Source: Myxococcota bacterium (lineage in GTDB: Bacteria > Myxococcota_A > UBA9160 > JAFDDA01). From it: a stretch of 64,000 nucleotides of DNA. How positions within the stretch are numbered: the stretch's first letter is position 1; every line of letters starts with the position of its first letter. Where the stretch lies: positions 4,672,001-4,736,000 of the forward strand of contig OZ245817.1 in NCBI GenBank assembly GCA_965228475.1. The letters run 5' to 3'. Under the pieces are notes generated by a model. That model was given only the letters and a program-made list of their open reading frames with translations, made no database searches and had not been told where the DNA came from. The position numbers and the translations under genes were made by a program. Of this stretch, positions 39,198 to 48,135 are shown in pieces.

Positions 39198-39650
39198 ATG
39201 ACCCGCCGCGTCCACGAGCTGATGAACCCGGACGTCGTTTGTGCCTACCCGGACATGAGCGCCGGGGAGGCGCTGCGCCTCCTGCTCGACCGCGACGTCT
39301 TCGACGCGCCGGTCGTGAGTGGCGACGGCCGCATCATCGGCATCATCTCCCAGAGCGCGCTCATGCGGCACGTCGAGGCCCCCACGACCGCCAGCCAGAC
39401 GGGCCACTTCTTCACCGACGACGACGACTACCGGGATCTCGGGAATCTGCCGGGCGACCAGAGCGACACCCCCGTCGAGAAGATCATGACCACGGAGATG
39501 CACCCGGTGACGCGCGAGACGGGCGTCGCGGTGGCCGCGAACATCATGCGCGAGCGGAGCCTCCATCGGCTCTTCGTGACCGACCAGGGCAAACTCGTCG
39601 GCGTCGTGACCTCGCTCGATCTCCTGCGGATCGTCGAAGAGTTCGGCTAG
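39198..39650 (+). CDS. CBS domain protein
   Basis: Two CBS repeats (VHELMNP...IIGIIS; VEKIMT...LVGVVTSLDLL). Confidence 0.88.
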   Translation: MTRRVHELMNPDVVCAYPDMSAGEALRLLLDRDVFDAPVVSGDGRIIGIISQSALMRHVEAPTTASQTGHFFTDDDDYRDLGNLPGDQSDTPVEKIMTTEMHPVTRETGVAVAANIMRERSLHRLFVTDQGKLVGVVTSLDLLRIVEEFG

Positions 39651-39657
39651 CGCGCCC

Positions 39658-40428
39658 TTGGGCACCGCCATCGTCTCGGGAAGCGCTTCGGGGATCGGCG
39701 CGGCCGTCCGCCAGCGCCTGGAAGCCTCGGGAGATCGCGTCGTCGGGATCGACCGGCGCGATGCGGACGTCGTCGCGGACCTCTCGAACCCCGACGGCCG
39801 GAACGCCGCCCTCGCCGGAGCCCGCGCAGCCTGCCCCGAAGGCGTCGACCGCCTGGTGCTGTGCGCCGGCCTCGGCGCCCACGTCGACGACGTTCCCGCG
39901 ATCGCCTCCGTCAACTACTTCGGCGCCGTCGAGCTCCTCGACGGTCTGAAGGACGCCATGTCCGGCCGCGATGGCGCCGCGGCCGTGGTCGTCTGCTCGA
40001 ACAGCGCCCAGCTCGGCCCCTTCCAGGAACACCCCTTCGTCCTCGCCCTGCTCGACCACGACGAGGCGCGCGCCCACGAGATCCTCGCGGGCGATCAGGG
40101 CGGCGGCTACATCGCCTACGGCGGCTCGAAGCACGCCCTCTCCCGAGCGGTGCGGCGGCGCGCCATGGGCTTCGGCCGCGCGGGCATCCGCCTGAACGGC
40201 ATCGCGCCGGGGCCGACGCGGACGCCTCTCATGGAAGGCACCATCGCCCATCCGATCTGGAGCAAGGGCGTCGAGATGCTCGACCTGCCGATCGACCGCT
40301 GGGCGGAGCCCGAAGAGATGGCCGGCGTCGTCGCCTTCCTGCTCGGCCCGGAAGCGGCGTACGTCCACGGGAGCATCCTCTACGCCGACGGCGGACACGA
40401 CGCGTCCGTCCGACCGGACGGCTTCTGA
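39658..40428 (+). CDS. SDR, 3alpha-hydroxysteroid dehydrogenase/carbonyl reductase-like
   Basis: SGSASGIG, ADLS, LVLCAGLG, VNYFGA, YGGSK, IAPGPT.TPL, C-terminal DGG.DA..RP..F; resembles Comamonas 3alpha-HSD as recalled. Confidence 0.82.
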   Translation: MGTAIVSGSASGIGAAVRQRLEASGDRVVGIDRRDADVVADLSNPDGRNAALAGARAACPEGVDRLVLCAGLGAHVDDVPAIASVNYFGAVELLDGLKDAMSGRDGAAAVVVCSNSAQLGPFQEHPFVLALLDHDEARAHEILAGDQGGGYIAYGGSKHALSRAVRRRAMGFGRAGIRLNGIAPGPTRTPLMEGTIAHPIWSKGVEMLDLPIDRWAEPEEMAGVVAFLLGPEAAYVHGSILYADGGHDASVRPDGF

Positions 40429-40446
40429 GAAGACCCCGCGCCCGCG

Positions 40447-41391
40447 CTAGCGGACCGGCTCCACCCGATAGCCCCGCTCGCGGAGCAGCGTGATCACGCT
40501 GCGGTCGCCCACCAGATGCAGCGCACCGACCACCGCGAGCCGCGTCCCGCCGCGCTCGAGCCGCTCGGCGACGCCCTGCGCCATGGTCACGTTCCGGCGA
40601 TGGATCACGTGCTCGCTGAAATCCGGGGAGAGATCCAGCATCGCTGCCATCTCGGCGGCATCGCGGGTCTTCCACGAAGCCAGCATCTCCTTCAGTTCGG
40701 ACTCGAAGCCCCCGCCCCCATCCCAGAGTTCGAGGATGCGCGCCAGCTCGTCCGCGTAGACGGCGTCCGGAACCGCGGCCAGGGAGGCCAGCTGCTCGGC
40801 CATCGTTTCGAGGTAACCGCGGGGGGTCACCTCCGGGATGCGCCGCTGGAGCACGTTCTCCACGCCGTTCTCGACGTCGATCCCCATGGACTCCATCTGG
40901 GAGATCGTCATCCAGAACGCGATCAGCCAGGGGCGCGTGCGTTCGCGGTCGGGGACGAGCGTGGCGACCGTCGGGGCCGCCTCGACGAACCGCTCGAGGC
41001 GCTCGAGCGAGGCCGGATCGAGGAAGTCCGAGAGGCCCTGGGCCGGGGGAAAGGTGCCGTAGTAGCCGAGCATCTGGAGCAGCGCGACGGGGTTCGCCGC
41101 TTCGGCGTCGTCGACCTCGAAGACGACCTCCTCGGCTCCGTCGATGATCTCCGCGACCCGCGGTCCGAAGGAGAGCGGCACGTCGAGGAGGTGGACCGAG
41201 CCGAGCAGGAAGACGCGGCTCGCGGCGTCCGTGGGGTGCGACGCCTCCCAGAGGAAGGCGTTCTCGACGCGAAGCGTATGGGGCCCGCGGGAGACTGCGG
41301 GGGCGGGCTCGGGCGCCCGAGGCTCGGGGTTCGAGGCACACGCGAGCGGAGCGGCCAGGAGCAGTACCGTGCAGGCGGACTTCCAGGACAT
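40447..41391 (-). CDS. TraB/GumN family lipoprotein
   Basis: Lipobox PLAC, FLLGSVH, GVE, LETMAEQ, RRN..M, VVGALHL. Confidence 0.85.
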   Translation of the reverse strand: MSWKSACTVLLLAAPLACASNPEPRAPEPAPAVSRGPHTLRVENAFLWEASHPTDAASRVFLLGSVHLLDVPLSFGPRVAEIIDGAEEVVFEVDDAEAANPVALLQMLGYYGTFPPAQGLSDFLDPASLERLERFVEAAPTVATLVPDRERTRPWLIAFWMTISQMESMGIDVENGVENVLQRRIPEVTPRGYLETMAEQLASLAAVPDAVYADELARILELWDGGGGFESELKEMLASWKTRDAAEMAAMLDLSPDFSEHVIHRRNVTMAQGVAERLERGGTRLAVVGALHLVGDRSVITLLRERGYRVEPVR

Positions 41392-41543
41392 GGGGACCCT
41401 CCTCCCATCGACCCGGGATCATACGCGCCCCCACGGCCGGCCCGCACGCCCGGCCGGGAGGTCCGGGCGAGTTCGGGCTTTACCGCGCCGTCGGATTCGT
41501 GTTCACTCGGGCGACCGCGGGTTCCTGCTTCGCGGAGACCTCC

Positions 41544-43172
41544 ATGGAAAGCTTCCAGATCGCCGACCTGTTCGAGGCCGTGGCGGATGCGGTGCCCGAC
41601 CGCACGGCCCTGGTCTGCGGGGAACGGCGCCTCACCTTCCGAGAGCTCGACGAAGCCGCCACGCGGCTCGCCCATTTCTTTGCCGACCACGGCATCGGGC
41701 GCGGCGACCACATCGGGACCTATCTCTACAACGGTGCCGAGTACGTGGTCGCCATGCTCGCCGCGTTCAAGATCTCGGCCGTCCCGATCAACGTGAACTA
41801 CCGCTACGTGGAGGACGAGCTCGCCTACCTCTTCTCGGACGCCGACCTGCGCGCGGTCGTGCACCACCGGGAGTTCGCGGACCGGATCGCGAAGGTCCGC
41901 GGCGCCTGCCCGAAGCTCGACCTCCTGCTCCACGTCGAGGACGGGAGCGAAGCCGACGTCGCGCGCAACGGATCCATCGAGTTCGAGACCGCCGTGCGAA
42001 GCGGTGGCGTCGAGCGCGACTTCACCGGCCGGAGCAACGACGACCTCTTCGTGATCTACACCGGCGGGACCACCGGCATGCCCAAGGGCGTCATGTGGCG
42101 CCACGAGGACGCGTACTTCGCCTGCTTCGGCGGCGGCAACCCGGTGGGCGACGACGTCCTCGAGCTCGAGGAGCTGCTCGAGCGGGCGCGGACGATCGGC
42201 GCCATCGGCGTGGCCTACATCGCGGCCCCGCTGATCCACGGCGCTGCGCAGCTCGCCACCTTCATCCACCTGATCGGCGGGATGAAGCTCGTCTACCAGA
42301 AGCAGTTCGACGCGATGGACGTCCCGCGCCTGATCGAAACCGAGAAGGCACTGACCTGCTCCCTCGTCGGCGACGCCATGGCCCGCCCGATCGCCGAGGC
42401 CCTCGAAGCGAACGCCGCGAGCGAAGCGCCGCGCGACTGCTCGAGCCTGCTCGTCGTCGGCTCCGCCGGCGCGATCTTTTCGGAGCCCGTGAAGGACCGG
42501 CTGAAGGCGCACCTTCCCCAGGCCACCATGCTCGACAACTACGGCTCGACCGAGACCGGCTTCCAGGGCAGCGGCGGGGGCGGACACAAGAGCTTCGGCC
42601 AGGGCCTCACCTTCGAGATGAACGCGCGCACCCTCGTCGTCGACGACGACCTCCGGCCCGTCGAGCCGGGCTCGGGCACGATCGGCCGCGTCGCCCTGCG
42701 CGGCCACGTTCCGGTCGGCTACTACGGCGACCCGGAGAAGAGCGCGGCCACCTTCCCGGTGATCGACGGCGAACGCTTCTCCGTGACGGGAGACCTCGCG
42801 GAGGTCGAGGCCGACGGCACGATCAAGCTCTACGGCCGCGGCTCCCTGTGCATCAACAGCGGCGGCGAGAAGATCTTCGTCGAGGAGGTCGAGAACGCCT
42901 TGAAGGCCCACCCCGGCGTGCGCGATGCGGTGGTGGTCGGCCTCGACGACGACCGCTGGGGGCAGCGGGTCGTCGCGCTCGTCTCGGTCGAGGACCGAGC
43001 GATCGAAGAGGATGCGCTGCGCGAGCACGCGCGCGGCCACGTCGCCGGCTACAAGGTCCCGAAGGAGATCTACGTGGTCGACGAGGTCTTCCGCGGGCCG
43101 AACGGCAAGGCCGACTACAAGCTCTCGAGCCGCGTCGCCGGGGAGCTCTCCGAGAGCCGCGCGGCGGGCTGA
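41544..43172 (+). CDS. Acyl-CoA synthetase (FadD19-like)
   Basis: IADLFEAVADAVPDR, NVNYRY, YTGGTTGMPKG, YGSTETG, TGD, GRGS.CINSGGEK. Confidence 0.88.
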   Translation: MESFQIADLFEAVADAVPDRTALVCGERRLTFRELDEAATRLAHFFADHGIGRGDHIGTYLYNGAEYVVAMLAAFKISAVPINVNYRYVEDELAYLFSDADLRAVVHHREFADRIAKVRGACPKLDLLLHVEDGSEADVARNGSIEFETAVRSGGVERDFTGRSNDDLFVIYTGGTTGMPKGVMWRHEDAYFACFGGGNPVGDDVLELEELLERARTIGAIGVAYIAAPLIHGAAQLATFIHLIGGMKLVYQKQFDAMDVPRLIETEKALTCSLVGDAMARPIAEALEANAASEAPRDCSSLLVVGSAGAIFSEPVKDRLKAHLPQATMLDNYGSTETGFQGSGGGGHKSFGQGLTFEMNARTLVVDDDLRPVEPGSGTIGRVALRGHVPVGYYGDPEKSAATFPVIDGERFSVTGDLAEVEADGTIKLYGRGSLCINSGGEKIFVEEVENALKAHPGVRDAVVVGLDDDRWGQRVVALVSVEDRAIEEDALREHARGHVAGYKVPKEIYVVDEVFRGPNGKADYKLSSRVAGELSESRAAG

Positions 43173-43178
43173 TCGCGC

Positions 43179-43799
43179 TCAAGCGAGGCGCGCGGCGAGG
43201 TCTTCCTTGAGCAGGCCGAGCGGCCCGTCGAGCAGGCGCGCCGCCGGATCGCCGAGCATCCGTACCCCGGCCAGGCCCGAGAGCGTCGCGATCGTGTGGA
43301 GCTGGAGCGTCACGGTCTCGCGCCGCGTCCGGCCCGCCGTGGGAAAGAACCGCTTCCAGACCCGGTTCCAGGCGGCGAGCATCTCGCCCTGCCAGGGCAG
43401 GCCGCCGCCGCTCGGCGCCGAGGATTCGTTCAAGAGGATCTCGAAGGTGCAGCGGTAGCGCGGGCTCGAGAAGTGGCTCCAGGCCCGGTCGACGAAGAGG
43501 TCGATCCTTTCTTCGAGCGTCTTCTCCTCGACGTCCATGGCGATGAGCCCTTCGGCGAAGTGCGCGAAGGAATCCTCGAGCACCGCGACGAGGATGCCTT
43601 CCTTCCCGCCGAAGTGATGCTGCACGGCGCCCCAGGAGACGCCGGCGCGGCGCGCGATCTCGTTGGCGGTGGTCCGCCCGAGCCCGACCTCGCCGATGCT
43701 CTCGACCACGGCACGGATGAGCTTCGCGCGCGTCTGCGCGGTGCGCTCGGCATGGGAACGACGCACCCGCGCGCCCCGGCCCGGCGCCCGCGCGCTCAA
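43179..43799 (-). CDS. TetR family regulator
   Basis: HTH TTANEIARRAGVSWGAVQHHFGGKE; start either TTG 43799 or GTG 43766. Confidence 0.88.
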   Translation of the reverse strand: MSARAPGRGARVRRSHAERTAQTRAKLIRAVVESIGEVGLGRTTANEIARRAGVSWGAVQHHFGGKEGILVAVLEDSFAHFAEGLIAMDVEEKTLEERIDLFVDRAWSHFSSPRYRCTFEILLNESSAPSGGGLPWQGEMLAAWNRVWKRFFPTAGRTRRETVTLQLHTIATLSGLAGVRMLGDPAARLLDGPLGLLKEDLAARLA

Positions 43800-44662
43800 C
43801 GCCGCCGCTCGTCTTCCACGCCGTAGAGCCTCGCCATCATCTGGGAGACGAGCCCACCGACGGGCAGTGTGACCTCCGCATCGCGGGCGAGCTGGAGCGC
43901 CCAGGCGAGGTCCTTCTCCGCGATCTTCATGTGGCCGCGCATCAGGGCCTGCATGCCCTCCCCCTTGCGCGCCTCTTCCGGCGCCTTGTGCGCCGCGAGG
44001 AAGGCCGTCATCAGCGGTGTCATCTGGCCGTTCGCCTGCCCGGCCTCCTCGAGCAGGCCTTCGGGCAGGCCGACGGCACGGGCGAGATGGAACGATTCGT
44101 AGGCCGCGGCCCATTGGATGTAGGTGATGAGGTTGATGCAGAGCTTGAGCTTCGCGCCGTTTCCGATCTCGCCGGCGTGGATCACCTTGGCCGCGCTGGC
44201 TTCGAGCATGGGCCGCGCCTTCTCGAGCGCCTCGGCGTCTCCGCCGACGAGGTAGGTCAGCTGCTTCTGGGCGGCGCGCGCGGCGCCTCCGGTCACGCAG
44301 GCATCGAGCACGGCCACGCCGCACGCGGCCCCCTCCGCGGCGAGCGCCTCGGCCGTCGCCGGCAGGATCGTGCTGTGGATCGCGACGACGGTGCCGGGCG
44401 CCGCGCCGGCGAGCAGCCCGTCCTCCCCCGAGAACACGGCGCGGACGTGGGCATCCTCGGGAACGCAGACCCCGATCACCTCGGAGGCGCCCGCGAGCGC
44501 CCGGGCGGACGCCGCCGGCCTGGCCCCGCCTTCGCGAAGCGCCTCCATCCGCGCCGCGTCGACGTCGAAGACCGTCGTCTCGAAGCCCGCGGGAGCCAGG
44601 TGCGCCGCGATCGGCGCTCCCTGATTCCCGAGCCCGATGAATCCGACCCGCAATGCCGCCAT
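43796..44662 (-). CDS. Beta-hydroxyacid dehydrogenase (3-hydroxyisobutyrate dehydrogenase family)
   Basis: GFIGLGNQG, HSTI, LDACVTGG, GNGAKLKLCIN, KDL. Confidence 0.88.
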   Translation of the reverse strand: MAALRVGFIGLGNQGAPIAAHLAPAGFETTVFDVDAARMEALREGGARPAASARALAGASEVIGVCVPEDAHVRAVFSGEDGLLAGAAPGTVVAIHSTILPATAEALAAEGAACGVAVLDACVTGGAARAAQKQLTYLVGGDAEALEKARPMLEASAAKVIHAGEIGNGAKLKLCINLITYIQWAAAYESFHLARAVGLPEGLLEEAGQANGQMTPLMTAFLAAHKAPEEARKGEGMQALMRGHMKIAEKDLAWALQLARDAEVTLPVGGLVSQMMARLYGVEDERRR

Positions 44663-44696
44663 TCCGCCTCCCGGTGCGTCCGGCCGGCACGCTACC

Positions 44697-44726
44697 ACAT
44701 TTACATTGCATGCGTTATGTAAATGT
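44697..44726. promoter_or_regulatory. AT-rich palindromic operator between divergent operons
   Basis: ACATTTACAT-N10-ATGTAAATGT, perfect 10-bp arms. Confidence 0.75.
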
Positions 44727-44741
44727 CATAGGGTGGCCCCG

Positions 44742-46133
44742 ATGAGCGCCGCCAGCGAAACGCACGCCGGCCCGGGGAGCGAAGCGCCCTCCGCACCCGG
44801 CGCCGCCCCGCCGCGCCTTTCGGGCGGCTGGCCCCTGCTCGGCCATCTCCTCGAACTCCGGCGCAGGCCGATCGACCTGTTCTGGCGCGTCCGCAACGAG
44901 TGCGGCGAGGTCGGCGAGATGAACTTCGCCGGGAGCCGGGTGGTGCTGCTCACCGGCGAGCACGCCCAGGAGGCCTTCTTCCGCGCCCGCGACGAGCAGC
45001 TCGACCAAGCCGCCGCCTACCCCTTCATGACGCCGGTCTTCGGCCGCGGCGTGGTCTTCGATGCGAGCCCGGAGCAGCGGCGCCAGGCGATGAAGAACCA
45101 ATCCCTGCGCGACCAGATGATGCGCGGCCACGCCGAAGGGATCGTCCACGAGACCGAGCGCATGATGGACCGCCTGGGCCCCGAAGGAGAGATCGATCTC
45201 CTCGACTTCTTCAGCGAGCTCACGATCTACACCTCGAGCGCGTGCCTGATCGGCAAGGGCTTCCGGGAAGAGCTCACGCCCGAGTACTTCCGCGTGTTCT
45301 ACGAGCTCGAGAAAGGCACCGACGCGCTCGCCTACGTGAACCCGTACCTGCCCCTGCCGGCCTTCCGCGCGCGGGACCGCGCCCGCCGCCGCCTCGTGAC
45401 CCTGTTGACCGGCGTCTTCGAGCGCCGCGCGAACCGCCCCGAGGATGCGCCGCGCGAGCTCTTCGACATCCTGCTCACCCTGCGCGACGACGCGGGGAAC
45501 CCCCGCTACACGATCGACACCGTCACGGGCATGTTCATCTCCATGATGTTCGCCGGTCATCACACGACCTCCGGCACCGCCGCGTGGACGCTGATCGAGC
45601 TGCTGAAGCATCCCGAGTACCTGGCGAGCGTCGACGACGAACTCGAAGCGCTCTTCGCCGACGGCCGCGACGTCTCCTACCAGGCCATGCGCGAGATTCC
45701 GCGGCTCGAAGCCGGGATCCACGAAGCCCTCCGGCTCCACCCGCCGCTGATCCTGCTGATGCGCAAGGTGATGGAGACCTTCCGCTACGGCGAGTACGAG
45801 GTGCCGCCCGGCAAGCTCGTCGCCGTCTCTCCGGCGGTCTCGAACCGCATGCCCGAGAACTTCCCGGAGCCGGACCGCTTCGATCCGGCGCGCTACGACG
45901 AGGGCCGCGAGGAGCACCGTCAGCTCTTCGCCTGGATTCCCTTCGGAGCCGGCCGCCACCGCTGCGTCGGCGCGGCCTTCGCCCTGATGCAGCTCAAGGC
46001 GATCTTCAGCCACCTGCTGCGCCACTACGAGTTCGAGCTCGCCCAACCCGCGGATTCGTACCGCAACGACCACTCGAAGATGGTGGTGCAGCTCGCGCAG
46101 CCGTGTCGCGCGCGCTACCGCCGCCGCCCCTAG
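44742..46133 (+). CDS. cyp51: Cytochrome P450 CYP51 (sterol 14alpha-demethylase family)
   Basis: AYPFMTPVFG.GVVFD, ELTIYTSSACLIG, GMFISMMFAGHHT, EALR, FGAGRHRCVG; matches mycobacterial CYP51B1 signatures as recalled. Confidence 0.9.
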   Translation: MSAASETHAGPGSEAPSAPGAAPPRLSGGWPLLGHLLELRRRPIDLFWRVRNECGEVGEMNFAGSRVVLLTGEHAQEAFFRARDEQLDQAAAYPFMTPVFGRGVVFDASPEQRRQAMKNQSLRDQMMRGHAEGIVHETERMMDRLGPEGEIDLLDFFSELTIYTSSACLIGKGFREELTPEYFRVFYELEKGTDALAYVNPYLPLPAFRARDRARRRLVTLLTGVFERRANRPEDAPRELFDILLTLRDDAGNPRYTIDTVTGMFISMMFAGHHTTSGTAAWTLIELLKHPEYLASVDDELEALFADGRDVSYQAMREIPRLEAGIHEALRLHPPLILLMRKVMETFRYGEYEVPPGKLVAVSPAVSNRMPENFPEPDRFDPARYDEGREEHRQLFAWIPFGAGRHRCVGAAFALMQLKAIFSHLLRHYEFELAQPADSYRNDHSKMVVQLAQPCRARYRRRP

Positions 46134-46146
46134 AAAGGGAGACGCC

Positions 46147-46521
46147 GTGTCCGATTCGGAACGCCGCAAGCGCGGAGAAGAGAAGATCCGGGAGGTCTAC
46201 GCCGGGGACGTGGCCGTCCCGCCCGAGGGCGTCATGCCCTTCAGCGACGTGATGCTCGAGCAGCTCTTCGCCGAAGTCTGGACGCGCGGCGAGCTCTCCA
46301 TGCGCGATCGGCGGCTCCTGCTGATGGGCGTGATCGCGGCCCTCGGCGAGAAGGACACGTGGAAGATCCAGGTGCGCTCCGCCCTGAAGAACGGCGAGCT
46401 CACGGAAGCCCAGGTCCACGAGTGCCTGGTGATGCTCGCGCCCTACGCGGGTTACCCGCGCGTGGCTGGCCTGGTCGGCTCGACCTTCGAGGCGATCGCG
46501 GAGGCCAAGCCGAAGGACTGA
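46147..46521 (+). CDS. Carboxymuconolactone decarboxylase family protein
   Basis: FAEVWTR..LSMRDRRL, ALKNG.LT, YAGYPR. Confidence 0.85.
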   Translation: MSDSERRKRGEEKIREVYAGDVAVPPEGVMPFSDVMLEQLFAEVWTRGELSMRDRRLLLMGVIAALGEKDTWKIQVRSALKNGELTEAQVHECLVMLAPYAGYPRVAGLVGSTFEAIAEAKPKD

Positions 46522-46530
46522 CGCGCCGGC

Positions 46531-46956
46531 CTAGGCCTGGAGCTTCTCGAGCATCGCCTTCATCTGGGCGTGCATCAGGTTGATGGCCTGGAGCGGACGG
46601 ATCATCACCTTGAACTCGGTGATCTCGGCGGCCTCGTTGCAGGTGATGATGTCGACGCCGTTCACGTACTTGCCTTCCACCTGGGTCTCGAACTCGAGCA
46701 CGGCCTGGTTGCCCGAGAGAACCTGCTTCACGTAGCGGAAGCTCGGCATGGAATCGCCGCTGGCGCCCGGCTTCTCGTCGCCGCCGAAGGTTCCGTAGGC
46801 CGCCGTCAGGTAGAGCTTGGTGACCTTCTTGCCCTCCTGGGGGGTGAAGACGATCGGCGAGTAGAAGACCACGTCCTCGGCGAGGAGCGCGTCGAGCCCG
46901 CCCGGGAAGCCTCCGCGCAGGTGGGCATGCCAGTTCTCGATGCACTTCTCGATCAT
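46531..46956 (-). CDS. SnoaL/NTF2-like protein
   Basis: LLAEDVVFYSP, VLEFET, VNGVD, FKVMIRPL. Confidence 0.82.
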   Translation of the reverse strand: MIEKCIENWHAHLRGGFPGGLDALLAEDVVFYSPIVFTPQEGKKVTKLYLTAAYGTFGGDEKPGASGDSMPSFRYVKQVLSGNQAVLEFETQVEGKYVNGVDIITCNEAAEITEFKVMIRPLQAINLMHAQMKAMLEKLQA

Positions 46957-48056
46957 CGCGTCTCCTCGAGGTTCGTGGCTGCGGCCGGGGGCCCGGCGGG
47001 GTTCGCGGCCAGGGCATCGAAGCGCCCCGCCGGGCGAACCTTACGATAGGCCGCGACGATGGGGGAGAGCTCGGCCGGGCTCGCGCCGTGCAGGATGACG
47101 CCGTCGCAGCCGAGGTCGAACTGCCCCTGGATCTTCTCGACGCAGCGTTCGGCGCTGCCGGTGGCCGCCGGGGCGAGCCACTCTTCGGGAATGAGCTCGG
47201 CGATCTGCTCGAGCTGCTCGGTCGTGGCCACCGAATCGATCGCACCGCGCACGCCCTGCACCGCCGGCGAGGCCCGGAAGGCCGCGAGCACCGCCGGATC
47301 CCAGCGGTTGGTCTGCACCATCAGGTCGCCGTAGCCCTGGAGGTAGGTCGCCATGCGGCCGACGGTCTTCTTGAGCCGCAGCGCCTCGGGGAGGTGATCG
47401 CCCACCGTGGCGAAGCAGGACCACACCCGGACCGCCGCCGGGTCGCGGCCGGCCTCCTCCGCCGCCCGCTTGACGGCGGCCACGCAGCGCGCGGTGGTCT
47501 CGTCGGTGAAGAAGGTATGGAGCACCACGGCGTCGAAGGCGCGGCCGCCAAGGGCCAGGGAGTTCGGGCCGAAGGCCACGAAGGTCAGCGGGATCGGCTC
47601 CGCGTAGTCCGGGCCCATCGCGAGGAGCGGGTAGCGCCCGGCCGGGCCGTCGTGGCCGGCGACGACCTCGCCGCGCCAGATGCGCCGCATCAGACCCACG
47701 AAGTCCTCGATCTGCGCCGTCTTGATCCGGGGCAGGCCGTAGGCGTCGAAGATCGGCGGAATGCCCCGGCCGAGCCCGAGCGAAAAGCGACCGCCGGTGA
47801 GCCGGGCCATGGTCATGGCGAAGGCGGCCGTCACCATGGGATGACGCGTGTTGTGGTTGGTCGCGGCCGTGGCGATGCCGATCTCGCTCGAGACCGCGCC
47901 GACCGCGCCCGAGAGCGTCGCCGCCTCCTTCACGTTGAAGCGCTCGGAGATGAAGGCGGAGCCCAGGCCGAGGGCCTCGCCCTCCTGCACCTCGGCGATC
48001 AGGTCGCGCGGGGAGCTCGCGCCTCCGGCCAGGGTGTAGAAGGCGAGCTCGTTCAT
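46953..48056 (-). CDS. LLM-class oxidoreductase, probably F420-dependent (TIGR03857-like)
   Basis: FISERFNVKEA, ATNHNTRHP, FSLGLGRG, VVLHTF, VILHGA. Confidence 0.8.
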   Translation of the reverse strand: MNELAFYTLAGGASSPRDLIAEVQEGEALGLGSAFISERFNVKEAATLSGAVGAVSSEIGIATAATNHNTRHPMVTAAFAMTMARLTGGRFSLGLGRGIPPIFDAYGLPRIKTAQIEDFVGLMRRIWRGEVVAGHDGPAGRYPLLAMGPDYAEPIPLTFVAFGPNSLALGGRAFDAVVLHTFFTDETTARCVAAVKRAAEEAGRDPAAVRVWSCFATVGDHLPEALRLKKTVGRMATYLQGYGDLMVQTNRWDPAVLAAFRASPAVQGVRGAIDSVATTEQLEQIAELIPEEWLAPAATGSAERCVEKIQGQFDLGCDGVILHGASPAELSPIVAAYRKVRPAGRFDALAANPAGPPAAATNLEETR

Positions 48057-48135
48057 TCGCTGCATGGCCGATTCTGGTTCCGCGCTCCGCGCGATTGCAA
48101 GGAAATCCGCGGTCGGGCTGGGGTACCGTGAAGCG

